Virus record (IMG/VR): IMGVR_UViG_3300032086_003216
Coordinates: 1-52,940 of that record
DNA: 52,940 bases
Origin: a virus
Lineage: Duplodnaviria > Caudoviricetes
Direction: 5' to 3' (one strand)
In this document: piece after piece, positions 36,793 through 47,640 of the stretch
Layout: each line of letters starts with the position of its first letter
How positions within the stretch are numbered: position 1 is the stretch's first letter
Made by a program: the position numbers and the translations under genes
Notes under the pieces: model-generated
What the model saw: the letters and a program-made list of their open reading frames with translations, nothing else
Database searches by the model: none
Told to the model about the DNA's origin: nothing

Positions 36793-38588
36793 TACTTAAT
36801 CACTCCTACGATATCTTGATCGGGGAATAAAACTTCCATCACAGTATCATCTGGCACATTGACAAAGCGACCATCTCTAGATAAATTCATTCTCATATCA
36901 TAATTTATAGAGCTATAAGGTCCACCTGTCTTGTTGACTATTTCAACTTTCACTGTGTCTGTAACACCTGGAACCTCATTGAGGTTTTTGTAAATATCTG
37001 ATATAAAGACTGATTCTCCAAAATTTGCTTTTACATTTAAGAAATCTTCTTTTAGTTTGTCTATACATTGCTGTAAAACAGTAAACCTATTGGCATCTAT
37101 ATCTGCAACTATTTCAAAGTTAATTCCATAGTTTACAATCTTTCCATCCAATATGTCAATAGAATCACTAACCATTCTGTAGTGATCAATCCATGTGGCA
37201 AGGTTGCTCTTAAGTGTTTCGCTAGACTTGACAAAATTTCCGTCTGAATCTGAAGATATGACATACATGTTTAGGGAGCGATTTAATGATTGCGGGTCCT
37301 TAACGATGTTAGCTCGCTTGATCGATCCAAACCTCGATGGCATCCTGTACGCAAGATTTATATAGTCTTCCTTTGTCACCGCCCTGTTCTGAGCGGCGAA
37401 AGTTCCATACGCTCTTTGTTTGATCTCTTCTGCTATGAGATCTTCCGTGTCTCCAATGATTGGCTCTTCGTTTTCTACCTCAAGAGACGCAAGTATTGTT
37501 TGAACAGTGCTTCCAACTAAGGTCTGTTCTTCTCTAAACTGGACATTCGATGCAGCTATGTCGGATATCGCTCCAACTGGTGCATTTACTGTAACGGAGT
37601 TATTGGCTCGATAAACAATTGTCAAGGTAGTATCTGTTGGAACAACACCAAACTTATCTGTTTTTATAAGGTTTGTGGGATCAAACGTAGTGTCAGAAAC
37701 ATATTGTCTGCCTGTTGTATCAAGCACAACATCGGCAGGATCTGCAACCACATCCCCTGTTAGGTTGTCAGCCGAACCATAACCAAACTGCAAAAAAGTA
37801 TTTCCCTGGTCATCGTATTCTACTACATAACGTCTTGGCACGGGCTTAAGTTTCATTATTGTCTGGGCAGTGTCACGAGTTGAAGATGTGTTCAATGTCG
37901 GAACCATAACCACATCCTGAGACAGATGTGCCACCTCAAAGTATTCATTACCCTGAGAATCTGTTACAGACAATATTTCAGATATATTTTCTACATCTAT
38001 TCTCAATCTTAAGAATCTTCTATAATCTCGAACAGTGATATTTACTTGCCCCTGTTCGCCTGATACAACTTGACCAAAGGCTTTGATAGCGAACCAGGTG
38101 GGAACACCTGTGTCGGGATCGACTCTGGCAACCGTTATCTCGTTATTTTGATTTGTAAAGTCAACTGCCTCAACAAGTGTATACACAGCACCGCCTTGGG
38201 ACGACAATATCGCACCAGCAGACAATATTGGAATATAGTCGGTGTCTGGACCAGAGGTTGTTGTGGATGCTGGGACAAGGATGTAAAAAGAACATTCCCC
38301 GACTGATGTTGCTGCTCCCTGAGGTTTATATCCTAATTGTTTGGATAATGCAACAACATTCTTGAATTCTATTGCGGTATCTAAAAAACTTTCGTTAGCT
38401 TGATAATCAACATAAAAAGACAACTGATCGCCAACATACGATACCAAATCCAACATCAAAGCACCGAAAGAAGCCTCATTAAAGTCTTGGAAAGTTGAAG
38501 AGTAATATCTTTTTGTATAATTGACTAGAGAACTCTTTATCGAATCAAAATCTCTACTTGTATAAGATATTGGTTTTTTTGCCATCAT
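36792..38588 (-). CDS. Baseplate wedge subunit (T4 gp6 / baseplate J-like)
   Basis: YTSRDFDSIKSSL..DFNEAS..LDLVSYVGD.LSFY.D...NESFLDTA...LGYKP and AQNRAVTKEDY. Confidence 0.9.
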   Translation of the reverse strand: MMAKKPISYTSRDFDSIKSSLVNYTKRYYSSTFQDFNEASFGALMLDLVSYVGDQLSFYVDYQANESFLDTAIEFKNVVALSKQLGYKPQGAATSVGECSFYILVPASTTTSGPDTDYIPILSAGAILSSQGGAVYTLVEAVDFTNQNNEITVARVDPDTGVPTWFAIKAFGQVVSGEQGQVNITVRDYRRFLRLRIDVENISEILSVTDSQGNEYFEVAHLSQDVVMVPTLNTSSTRDTAQTIMKLKPVPRRYVVEYDDQGNTFLQFGYGSADNLTGDVVADPADVVLDTTGRQYVSDTTFDPTNLIKTDKFGVVPTDTTLTIVYRANNSVTVNAPVGAISDIAASNVQFREEQTLVGSTVQTILASLEVENEEPIIGDTEDLIAEEIKQRAYGTFAAQNRAVTKEDYINLAYRMPSRFGSIKRANIVKDPQSLNRSLNMYVISSDSDGNFVKSSETLKSNLATWIDHYRMVSDSIDILDGKIVNYGINFEIVADIDANRFTVLQQCIDKLKEDFLNVKANFGESVFISDIYKNLNEVPGVTDTVKVEIVNKTGGPYSSINYDMRMNLSRDGRFVNVPDDTVMEVLFPDQDIVGVIK

Positions 38589-38615
38589 TTATCCTCTTGT
38601 GGTCAATATTCTTAA

Positions 38616-39017
38616 TTAGTCATTGACTTGAGATATTTGTAATGTATTAGAGCCACCCAGAGAACCAATGTTGTAACGAATTATTAATCGAACCTCATTA
38701 GCAGATAAATTCAGGTCTGTTTCGCTATTCAAAATTTGAATATCTTCTATGATAACAAACGACATATATGCCCTAACTTGCTCATATATCTTAGATGTCA
38801 ACCTATTGAACGAGTCTCCATTTATTTGTTCAAAAAGGAATCTTCGAGCGCCAACACCAAAGTTGGGCTGCATGACTCTTTCACCAGGCGCTGTTAGAAC
38901 TAAGTTTTTTAGATTTTGTTGAACAACTTCTTGTAAGCTTTTGTTGAGCCTATAAGGCCCATCTTGTGTACTATAAGCCAAAGGAAGCTTTACTGATAGT
39001 CCTTGTAGTTTTGACAT
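38616..39017 (-). CDS. Baseplate wedge subunit (T4 gp25 / GPW-like)
   Basis: QNLKNLVLTAPGERVMQPNFGVGARRFLFE. Confidence 0.9.
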   Translation of the reverse strand: MSKLQGLSVKLPLAYSTQDGPYRLNKSLQEVVQQNLKNLVLTAPGERVMQPNFGVGARRFLFEQINGDSFNRLTSKIYEQVRAYMSFVIIEDIQILNSETDLNLSANEVRLIIRYNIGSLGGSNTLQISQVND

Positions 39018-42000
39018 TTATGTATTCTCCCAATTACCAACATCGTTGTTTCGTAAGAAAGTTTCTAGAGCCTCTATTGTCCCACGCAAACCATCAATAT
39101 TTAGTTCAGAACCTGGAGAATATACAAACCCAAGTCCTCTAGCTTCGTTTGCTCTACGTAACTCTTCAATGTTTGATGGCACACTATCAAAAAGAACTCG
39201 ATTTCTTTCCTCTGGTTCATTGACACCGGGAACAGGAGATCCCCCAACTCTAGGTCCAGTAAAATATGTAACGCTGAGGTCTAATAAAGCTTCTTTAAGT
39301 TTGGCAAACGGTCCAGACTCTCTTGGTTCTAAACCAAAAGCGGTGGAGAGCCCGTTGCCCCCTCCGCTCAGAACCCCCGGACGCTGTAAAAGATCCCAGT
39401 TTGAGCGATCAAATCGATCGTCGCCGGAGCCGCCAGCAAATGGTCTAATATTATCCATCATCTTAATTGTTGCCTGTCTTAGATCTTCTTTTAGAGAATC
39501 CTCATCACGATCTATTTCTCCACCTGCTCCAAAAAACCACCTTGCCCAGGCTGGTCCATAAGCATCATCATAGTAAGATTTGTTTATTTCTTCAATTTTG
39601 TTCCAATAAAATGGCTTTAGTCCATCCTTGTACTTCACTGAGATAAATCCTTCGGGGGAGCGTTCGGTTCGGGTCGGTGTCGGTCCAGTTGGGGTGCCAT
39701 CAGGACTTGCTGTGTATTTTGTGATTAACAAATTGAATTGAGTATTTGGTCGGTCAGGTGCATTTGGTAGTGTCCCATATCTTGGTCCTGTAAACCCAAC
39801 GTCACCTGGGCTACTGCCAATTAACGCACCTTCATAAGTTATTGATCGCTCACCCGTATAATAATTGAGAAGGTTCTGTTGTTCTTCAAATTGTTCTCGC
39901 ATATCATCTAGCCTGCCATCGCCATTTGATTCCACATTTGTAAGTAAATCATTAGCAGCATCTAAATTCTCTTGTATGACCTCCCTTGCATCAATAACTT
40001 CCTGAGCCTTACTAATAAGGTTCCTATAAAATTTTACAGCATTTCTAACATCGGCAAATGTAAAGAAATCAACTCCTGCTACCCGCACTGGGAACGGGCT
40101 GAAGTATCTCAGGCTATCGGCTAAATTATCTGGGACAACTGCGTTGATAAACGCATCATTAGCAGCAGCAACCCTGCGATAAGCATAAAATTTTGTAGAG
40201 GTTGTTTTTTCTTTCAAATCAACAACTCGATCATAATAAGCCGCATATGCGGCAAGAATATACGGAATTGGAACAAAATTCAAAAATTGTTCTTTTGCAA
40301 ATGTTTCATCATCCATTAGGAAGATAACCGAGTTTGGAATATTGTTTAGTGAATTTTCTACGGCTCTAGTGCCACCCAGAATGGATGCTGTTGATCGCCT
40401 AACAATACCATAATTTATTGGTCTTTGATCACCTGGTATTTCTGTAAAGATCCTTGCAAGATCAAAATCAGGGTCCCTGTTTATGTAGCGCTCTATCCCT
40501 CTGTCGATAAAGAATTGTCTGCTTCCTTGTCTTACATTCTCAACTGTTGTTCTTTGGATGTTCGCTATATTCCTAAAAGTAAACGGAACTCTATTTTCAG
40601 GGTTTGCAGGGTCACCTTGCCCTATGTAAAGATCTGGAAAATCAGGAGATATTGCAAACCCCTGTATCCTTGTACTACCTGTTTCAACAACCCCTCTCTT
40701 AAAATAATTTGATAATTTGTGATATTTCTCTCTAAGAGTAGGATCCTCAAACAAGTTTTTATCAGTAAGAAAATTCATTGGCTCTGCTGATAGCCTCTTG
40801 AGTGTTTCTGAAATTGCTTGTCTGATATAGTATTCTAGCCTTTGATAGGGGTTATCAAATTGCTTTAGGTTTATGTCTGTTAATCCTCTTGACTCTTGGT
40901 CTCGTCTTGAATAAACATCTGTAAAGTTTTCCATTTCGCTAATATAAAAAGGAAACACCCCATCACTTTTAGCTTCATATTTTATTGATTGATAAACATA
41001 TGCGGCTATAAGATTAAGCGTGTCTGGTGTTTGCCACCCATGATAAGCTCTAAACAAAGGCACTATATTCATAAAAAAGTTAGCCAAGTGACTTTGAATT
41101 GATTCAGCCATCATTCTGGCTCTGAATTCTTCAGGAGTCTCATAACAAGGGTCCCCATTTGGCTCAAACGGAACTTGTATAATGGTAGACATAAAAGCTC
41201 GTAGCTTTTGTTCCCCTGTTTCTGCGACCCCTTCTCTGGCGACGTCCTGTAAAAGATAAATGCCCCTGACTGTATGGTTGATGTGTTCGGAACTATTAGC
41301 TAGTAGCCCTATAAAATTATAATCATTGGCATCACCGCCATTTGTTCTAATCAGTCGCTGCCTGTTTGTACTATCCCATTGTCCAATATTTGGCCCATAT
41401 ACGTTATTTGTTAGGACATGTTGAAGTTCTCTTAATCTATTTTGAACACTGGCTTCACCTGTAGTGTATATTAAGTTTAAATTATTAAGTATGCTTGGTG
41501 TGTTTCTAGAGTTTATATTTACAGGTCTTAGTCCAGTTGTTATATTATACGAATCACTGAGCGAAGGTGCATTTGTTGTGGCTGGGCTTGTAATTGCAAT
41601 GATTCTCTCTGTTGATTTCTGCTTTGTGTCGGCATTATCTAGTGCAGATCGACCAACCTCAAGTTTTGCTTGATTCTTATCCCAAGATAACTCAATATAT
41701 TGTTGATCTGTGCCAAGTCCGCCAAACTTATAAGTTAGCTCTTTATTTATGAACCCAAGACCCCCAAGGCTGTCTTTAGTTGCACGAGGTCTTAAATATT
41801 CCGAAGGTGCGTAATTAGGATTCGAAGTTATAGCTCTCCACAACTCTGTTTCTGTATAAGGTGGTGGCGATGGTGCGGGCAGTGCTGCTATCTGTGCGTT
41901 TGCAGACATAGCCTCAGATAAAGCATCATTAACAATTCTTCCAAATATTCTTAGCCTTTCTATAAAATCAGTATAAAATTTTGGTGGTGCTAAAAGACCC

Positions 42001-44900
42001 TCAAAATCACTCAGATCCAAACCAAAATTGAAATCGTCAGACGTTATTTCACAAAGTTGGTCAACCTTATTCAGGATTGAATTTATTTGCTGTTTTACTT
42101 GTTCTTCAGCTTGTTGATTGCTGACACCGCCAAAATTACCCAAATCTTGATTACTATCAGGAGAACAATACTCATCTGCCGAAGATAGGTCCTCTAATAC
42201 ATCCTCCACAAGATCTTCTAGTAAATCACCAATAACTCCAAAATATTCGGACATTGTTTCTTTTGTTATTGTTAGAGTTGCGTATTTTTCATCTTGAAGG
42301 TTTAGAGAGTTTTCAGCCTGCAAGACTTCAAAGTCTGATTCAGATTTCTGGGGGCTATTACTATAAACCACCTCCTCAATAATTGCTCTAGTTCTTTCGG
42401 ATGATTGTCTGCCCAGTAGGCTAGCAGTTTCCTCAGGTAATAAAATATCAGACGCATCTTGGTTGAATTGTCTTATTTGAGATTCGGTTGGACTGATGTT
42501 TACAACATCCCCATTTTCATTCTTGACACGATTCAGGATACCACTTTCACTAGCGACCTCAACTAGATCTATTCCGCCTTTGCGATCTACTAAATCGTTT
42601 ACTTGCAAGGCTCCATATGCACTCCTTAGTTTTTTAGGGGCACCAGCTAATTGATCTGTCTCTTCAAGACCACAAGCCAAAGCAGCTTTCAACATATCCC
42701 TAAAAGCGGTATAAATCAATTGAGAAATAAATTTAACCAACAATCTTTCTAAATTTTTTCTCCAAGACTTGTAAAAATCCGTAGTTGATCCTCTTTTGAA
42801 ATCTAATCTTGGTCGTGAGGAAGATACAACATCTCTTGTCAATTTCTTAACGCTAGGAGATGCTCCAAGTGGCTCTAGGACTTGCTCAACAATTGCTTCT
42901 CCAAGTGCTCCAAAAAGACAATACAAAGCATCATTAACTTCTTTTTCTACCTCTCGCAGGATAATATCTGGATTACTAGCATATCGAGCAGCCGTTTCTA
43001 CGTCTGCTACTAGCTGCTTTTCTACAAGCTTTCTTTCTAATAGTTGATCCCTTAGCACTGTGGCTGCACGGATAGCAAGCTTTCTTGGGCTTGACTTGCC
43101 ATAAATTGTGTTGTATATCAATATTGCATCTTTCAACACAGTAGCAGAAGCACTATCACAACTTCCTAATGTTGACTTAACAGCATTGTAAAAAAGCTTT
43201 TCTGTTAATCCTAGTGCAGCGTTTACCTGGGATTGTACCTCAGAGTCTGTTTTGAATAGTTTGTCTTTTTCGGTCGGTCCCGATTTGTTTTTTCTTTTGT
43301 TTTCCTCAATCTTGTTTTGTATTTCTGTTGGTTTTACACAAGGATTGGGATATGTAAAAGACGGAATAAATTCAGACCATGGCATCGGGTCTCTAGTATT
43401 TCTACTTGCCTCGACCATATCTCTGGCATAAAAAAGAAAACCATATGAAGTTGGTGAAACATCTGCAACTAAATTAGCCCCAGAGCTAACGTCCTCTATG
43501 ATGCCATCATTTGTAAACGTATAACCTAAGCCTTTTGTCTTTATATCACCATTATAGATTATACACTGCAACGAAAATTTATCGTCAAAAGATAGTTCCA
43601 AAAGATCTGTTGGCGCAGGGTCTGGTATATTATTTGCATCTAATAATTTTGTAATTATTTCAGGAAGTCTAGATAATTTACCAGCTTCTGCTTCAAGATT
43701 CAATCCTCTCAACATGTCAGGCGTAATTTGCTCGTCAGAAAGAATTTTAGAATATTTCATCAAAGCTCTGTCGGCTGCCTTTGTAGTCTTTTTAAGGTCC
43801 GATCTTCTTATAGTTGCTTTTCTTTGTATGTTCGCTTGTTCTAGAAAATCTGTGAATCCCTTTACTATATGAGGGATGTTTTCACCAGCCCTAAAGTTTG
43901 ATTCAAGTTCTCTTATTACATCATTGCTTATTCTTGCAGTCAATCTCCAAGTTGTGGAATTTGGCGGAGGATTTGGTCTATCAGGAGCACCGTAAGTGCC
44001 TTCGACTATCATCTGCTCTAAAATACCACTTGTATCCTCAGGTAAAACTCTATTAGTAAAACCTGCTAGCTTCTGTAACGCTTGTTGCTTGAATACCTCT
44101 CTTGCAGCTTGACCTTCACTAGTCGCACTATCATACGTTTCAGGATTTTTATTTGTCAGGCGAGCAACGTAATAGAAGTTCTGTTCCTTGGGATTGTTAT
44201 ATATTACAACAGGATTTTTTTCAGCAGTTACATTAGCCGTCCAATCATCAAAGTCAATATCTTCAGGCTGCTTATAAATAATTGTATCTTCTATTGGTTC
44301 CCTTTCTCGAATAACTGAAGCGTTAGGACCGAGAGCAGAACGGAAGGAAGTCTCTATATCTCGTAGTCTTCCTTGCGGGAGTTCTATCCTAAAGGAAGGT
44401 AACTGAGAAACGGCTGTAGATCCAGTTAGTACACTTTCCTGATCCGTCATGTTGGTTTGGAATCTAGGGTTTTGTGATTCTGGAGTTGTTATGGAAAGAA
44501 TTTTCTTTATACTCGGGACTCTGGTGTTTATCTCAAGCTCTTGCCAGCACTCATAACTAGACGGAGTAATCATCTCAAGTGATCCTTGAGAGGCAATATT
44601 TATTATAACTTTACTATTTTGTGGATATACCGCACTGTATGCCAAAGCATCGCTCAGCGTTATTGTTCTGTTGTTTTCCGTAATCGGACCTATGATAGAA
44701 AGATCAGACCCTATATCAGGGAAAACGTTGTAGTTAGTATAGATATGATGTATGCCCTGTTGAACAAACTTGTTTCTAGGGTCAGCGTAATCATATCCTG
44801 TTCCATCTCTTTCATTTCCAGAATATCTTTCAGGCGCAGGATTTACTATATCCTTTTGCCTATCGGTAAGATTTGGGGCTACAAAATCTATTGGTATCAT
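39018..44900 (-). CDS. Large hypothetical protein (1960 aa), probably baseplate hub/tail associated
   Basis: Long, largely helical ORF between the spike-like and gp25-like genes; no motif recognised. Confidence 0.55.
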   Translation of the reverse strand: MIPIDFVAPNLTDRQKDIVNPAPERYSGNERDGTGYDYADPRNKFVQQGIHHIYTNYNVFPDIGSDLSIIGPITENNRTITLSDALAYSAVYPQNSKVIINIASQGSLEMITPSSYECWQELEINTRVPSIKKILSITTPESQNPRFQTNMTDQESVLTGSTAVSQLPSFRIELPQGRLRDIETSFRSALGPNASVIREREPIEDTIIYKQPEDIDFDDWTANVTAEKNPVVIYNNPKEQNFYYVARLTNKNPETYDSATSEGQAAREVFKQQALQKLAGFTNRVLPEDTSGILEQMIVEGTYGAPDRPNPPPNSTTWRLTARISNDVIRELESNFRAGENIPHIVKGFTDFLEQANIQRKATIRRSDLKKTTKAADRALMKYSKILSDEQITPDMLRGLNLEAEAGKLSRLPEIITKLLDANNIPDPAPTDLLELSFDDKFSLQCIIYNGDIKTKGLGYTFTNDGIIEDVSSGANLVADVSPTSYGFLFYARDMVEASRNTRDPMPWSEFIPSFTYPNPCVKPTEIQNKIEENKRKNKSGPTEKDKLFKTDSEVQSQVNAALGLTEKLFYNAVKSTLGSCDSASATVLKDAILIYNTIYGKSSPRKLAIRAATVLRDQLLERKLVEKQLVADVETAARYASNPDIILREVEKEVNDALYCLFGALGEAIVEQVLEPLGASPSVKKLTRDVVSSSRPRLDFKRGSTTDFYKSWRKNLERLLVKFISQLIYTAFRDMLKAALACGLEETDQLAGAPKKLRSAYGALQVNDLVDRKGGIDLVEVASESGILNRVKNENGDVVNISPTESQIRQFNQDASDILLPEETASLLGRQSSERTRAIIEEVVYSNSPQKSESDFEVLQAENSLNLQDEKYATLTITKETMSEYFGVIGDLLEDLVEDVLEDLSSADEYCSPDSNQDLGNFGGVSNQQAEEQVKQQINSILNKVDQLCEITSDDFNFGLDLSDFEGLLAPPKFYTDFIERLRIFGRIVNDALSEAMSANAQIAALPAPSPPPYTETELWRAITSNPNYAPSEYLRPRATKDSLGGLGFINKELTYKFGGLGTDQQYIELSWDKNQAKLEVGRSALDNADTKQKSTERIIAITSPATTNAPSLSDSYNITTGLRPVNINSRNTPSILNNLNLIYTTGEASVQNRLRELQHVLTNNVYGPNIGQWDSTNRQRLIRTNGGDANDYNFIGLLANSSEHINHTVRGIYLLQDVAREGVAETGEQKLRAFMSTIIQVPFEPNGDPCYETPEEFRARMMAESIQSHLANFFMNIVPLFRAYHGWQTPDTLNLIAAYVYQSIKYEAKSDGVFPFYISEMENFTDVYSRRDQESRGLTDINLKQFDNPYQRLEYYIRQAISETLKRLSAEPMNFLTDKNLFEDPTLREKYHKLSNYFKRGVVETGSTRIQGFAISPDFPDLYIGQGDPANPENRVPFTFRNIANIQRTTVENVRQGSRQFFIDRGIERYINRDPDFDLARIFTEIPGDQRPINYGIVRRSTASILGGTRAVENSLNNIPNSVIFLMDDETFAKEQFLNFVPIPYILAAYAAYYDRVVDLKEKTTSTKFYAYRRVAAANDAFINAVVPDNLADSLRYFSPFPVRVAGVDFFTFADVRNAVKFYRNLISKAQEVIDAREVIQENLDAANDLLTNVESNGDGRLDDMREQFEEQQNLLNYYTGERSITYEGALIGSSPGDVGFTGPRYGTLPNAPDRPNTQFNLLITKYTASPDGTPTGPTPTRTERSPEGFISVKYKDGLKPFYWNKIEEINKSYYDDAYGPAWARWFFGAGGEIDRDEDSLKEDLRQATIKMMDNIRPFAGGSGDDRFDRSNWDLLQRPGVLSGGGNGLSTAFGLEPRESGPFAKLKEALLDLSVTYFTGPRVGGSPVPGVNEPEERNRVLFDSVPSNIEELRRANEARGLGFVYSPGSELNIDGLRGTIEALETFLRNNDVGNWENT

Positions 44901-44912
44901 ATTATCCCCTAA

Positions 44913-45839
44913 TCAATTTGTATTATTATACCGACTATTAATGTAGTCGTCACCAAAAGGATATGTATAATTAATTGAGGCTTTAACAGAGTTCGTTTGT
45001 AGAGTCAATATATCTGTTGCTGCTTTTGCTAGTGAACTAATTTGACTCGAACACTGCGTTGCTAACAGCGGCGGTGGAGTGGTTGGTCCCCCAACGAGTG
45101 GGGCACCTATGTGCGTGTGGACGGCTAGTGAAACTAAAAGCTGTGCGTAGTTTTTTTGATGCGCCAACATAATCCCGCTCAAATCATTTATTAGTTCTAA
45201 CACCTCTCTCAATGCTAGCTCCATGTTATTGCCTTTTACTAATGGTTGCATGTCCTCATCATTGTTCCCAGCAATTAGATCTATTCCAGATATAGAATCA
45301 ATTGAAACTCCTTGGGAATTATACGTATCAGTGCCTGTGACTAGTTTTATACCGTCTCTTGCTACAATCCTGACACCATCAGCTTTTATTGCAATTCCAG
45401 ACCTTGGTGTAGGACTACCAACAATGCCGTCAGCTAAATTAAAATTCTTATCTATATCTGTTCTTTGGCTTATGTAAATTCTAGCGGCATCAAGCTCAGG
45501 ACTCTTGTCTGTGTTCACAAGGTTGCCTCTTGAATCAACAACCCTAGCCATCATGCCACTCATGCCGGCCACTAAATCAATCGAACCACAATGAGAGTTT
45601 CCCTTCCCTCCATAACCAGAAGAAAGCCCTCTAGGTCTATCACGTCCTAAAATTATGAACTGATTGTTCTCTCCTTCGATAACTCTCTCTGACTCTGATT
45701 TATTATATCTTGGATGAGCTTCTGGAATGGTCCTGTTATTAGTGCCAAGATTCAGTTCGTTGTATTCAGCGATCTCTTTTATTCTTCGCTTTACTTCGTT
45801 TGAAACTCCGTCCTTTATGTCTGCTCTTATTTTTACCAT
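44913..45839 (-). CDS. Baseplate spike-like protein (gp5/gpV C-terminal-like)
   Basis: VIEGENNQFIILG, IAIKADGVRIVARDGIKL beta-repeat character, QPLVKGN, and an HTH (HxH) tip motif followed by GPTTPP. Confidence 0.65.
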   Translation of the reverse strand: MVKIRADIKDGVSNEVKRRIKEIAEYNELNLGTNNRTIPEAHPRYNKSESERVIEGENNQFIILGRDRPRGLSSGYGGKGNSHCGSIDLVAGMSGMMARVVDSRGNLVNTDKSPELDAARIYISQRTDIDKNFNLADGIVGSPTPRSGIAIKADGVRIVARDGIKLVTGTDTYNSQGVSIDSISGIDLIAGNNDEDMQPLVKGNNMELALREVLELINDLSGIMLAHQKNYAQLLVSLAVHTHIGAPLVGGPTTPPPLLATQCSSQISSLAKAATDILTLQTNSVKASINYTYPFGDDYINSRYNNTN

Positions 45840-45845
45840 ATTTCA

Positions 45846-47315
45846 TCAAATGTCAACGTAGACATTTCCATTATTTTTAATTACTTTACCTGTATCATAA
45901 AGTTTCTTTAGTTGTCTTACAGACTTTCCGAAAGTTAAGTGAAAATGAACTGGATCCCACTTAGAATAAGTACCACCCCACGACTGGAAGCCGCATTGTA
46001 ATCCTATCTGTCCTAGTTGGTACCATCTTTCTTTCGGATATCCGTTACTGCAATTCATTTTTCCAGCCTTGAATCCATTCTCTTCAGTTGGCACCTCAGC
46101 AACATCTACGGCAAGACCAAAATTGTGTGTACTTCTACCAGGTATGGCAACAGCAGGAACACCTTTTTTAAGCGGGCCTGTAATAGGTCCGTTGGGGTTT
46201 ACCAGTCTTGGTCTCCTAATTCTTTCTTGATCTGCTATAGACCTAAAGCCAGAGGTAATTCTCAGTTTGAATCCTTGCTGAAAAGCAGTATTTATAAAAT
46301 ATGCTACCAAGGGTCTGATTTTTGGATGCAGGTTCTGAATCTTTCTATCATTGGAAGCCGACCAGGTTTTGGGAACGGTCGTCCCACTAAAATCAAAAGG
46401 TGTAACACTACCCACGCCACTGGGTATCTCTATCACTGTTTGCTGAATCGTATAAGTTCTAGAACAATCAATGGAATTAGGTATTGAAACACCGCTAGAA
46501 TCAATTGATCCACCATAGTTAGCTGGTTGCGGGGTATTTACACCCGCAGGTCCACTATTAGGGTTTCCGTTAGGATTTGTCTGTGCAGTACCAGGGATTG
46601 TTGAGTTTTCATCATTACAACCACCAGGAGAGTAACTTTCCTGAGGAAATGTTGATAAGTCTGATGATCTGTTTATTGTCCTTGGGTTTCTAGCAGAAAT
46701 TGATTTATTTAAGTTGTTTGAGTTCGGAAGAACAGACCCTGCTGGTGATTTTGTCAAGGGCTTTCTTGGCGGACAAGAGAATGAAGATAAAACATCAAGC
46801 CTGTTCCTTTTAGAAGCGGCTTTTACGTTTTTATTTGCTTGTGTTTGAAATCCAGATACATTACCCCCAGCACCTACTAGTTCTAATAATCTGCCGTTAT
46901 TATAACGCAGCGAAGTTTGAAATCTATCCAGATGAGTTACTCGAACAACATTTCCTGGTTTTATGTTTGGAAAATCTCCGCTTTTCTCAGCAATAAACTC
47001 AGGGTACATATCAATAACTTTATTGTCCTGTGAATTTTTTGGCATCGGCAGATGTGAGTGAACCTCTGGTATTCTTGCTCTTATTGATAACTGCGGAGTT
47101 TGAGCACTAGGACCTTTTTTGTAGGTTACCCTTAAAACAGTAGCAAAAAATTCAGTTTTTCCGTCATAAGTTTCGGATTTGTATTGATTAACAGCAGCAA
47201 GCTGTAAGTTATCCATAAAACCAGACCTAGCTGAATTATACCCTGCCTTTAGCTTGGTGTTTTTTCTATTAGGTCTAATGTCTTGTATATACTCATCAAT
47301 ATTTGGTTTTGTCAC
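45846..47315 (-). CDS. Tail-associated lysin: possible OB-like N-terminus plus C-terminal M15 peptidoglycan peptidase
   Basis: LHP..., RITSGFRSIADQ, STHNFGLAVD (SxHxxGxAxD) and WGG..WDPVHF. Confidence 0.8.
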   Translation of the reverse strand: MTKPNIDEYIQDIRPNRKNTKLKAGYNSARSGFMDNLQLAAVNQYKSETYDGKTEFFATVLRVTYKKGPSAQTPQLSIRARIPEVHSHLPMPKNSQDNKVIDMYPEFIAEKSGDFPNIKPGNVVRVTHLDRFQTSLRYNNGRLLELVGAGGNVSGFQTQANKNVKAASKRNRLDVLSSFSCPPRKPLTKSPAGSVLPNSNNLNKSISARNPRTINRSSDLSTFPQESYSPGGCNDENSTIPGTAQTNPNGNPNSGPAGVNTPQPANYGGSIDSSGVSIPNSIDCSRTYTIQQTVIEIPSGVGSVTPFDFSGTTVPKTWSASNDRKIQNLHPKIRPLVAYFINTAFQQGFKLRITSGFRSIADQERIRRPRLVNPNGPITGPLKKGVPAVAIPGRSTHNFGLAVDVAEVPTEENGFKAGKMNCSNGYPKERWYQLGQIGLQCGFQSWGGTYSKWDPVHFHLTFGKSVRQLKKLYDTGKVIKNNGNVYVDI

Positions 47316-47608
47316 TTTTTGTCCTCTTTGATCAGATCAAATAACTCATTCTTATCATCATCAGACAAAGCAAAATTATCTTTTGCGGATTCTTTTTTAT
47401 ACATGATTGTGGCTAGCTTTACAAGCTGCTCGTTGCTTCTTTGTAAAGTTTCTACAAATTTAGCTGCTGTAGTTCCAGCGTCAGCATATCTCTCTTTAGA
47501 TACGCTCATATATTCTTTTAGCTCAGCAAGCAGCATTTCTGTCTCTTGCCGATCATCATTAATATTTTTTAATGCTTGGCTTATAAGCGAGTCTAAGTCT
47601 TTTCGCAT
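47312..47608 (-). CDS. Hypothetical coiled-coil protein
   Basis: Start moved to ATG 47608 (MRKDLDS), which has an AGGAG SD; helical. Confidence 0.65.
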   Translation of the reverse strand: MRKDLDSLISQALKNINDDRQETEMLLAELKEYMSVSKERYADAGTTAAKFVETLQRSNEQLVKLATIMYKKESAKDNFALSDDDKNELFDLIKEDKK

Positions 47609-47640
47609 ATTGAATCTCCTAGGATACAATAAATAGTTAC

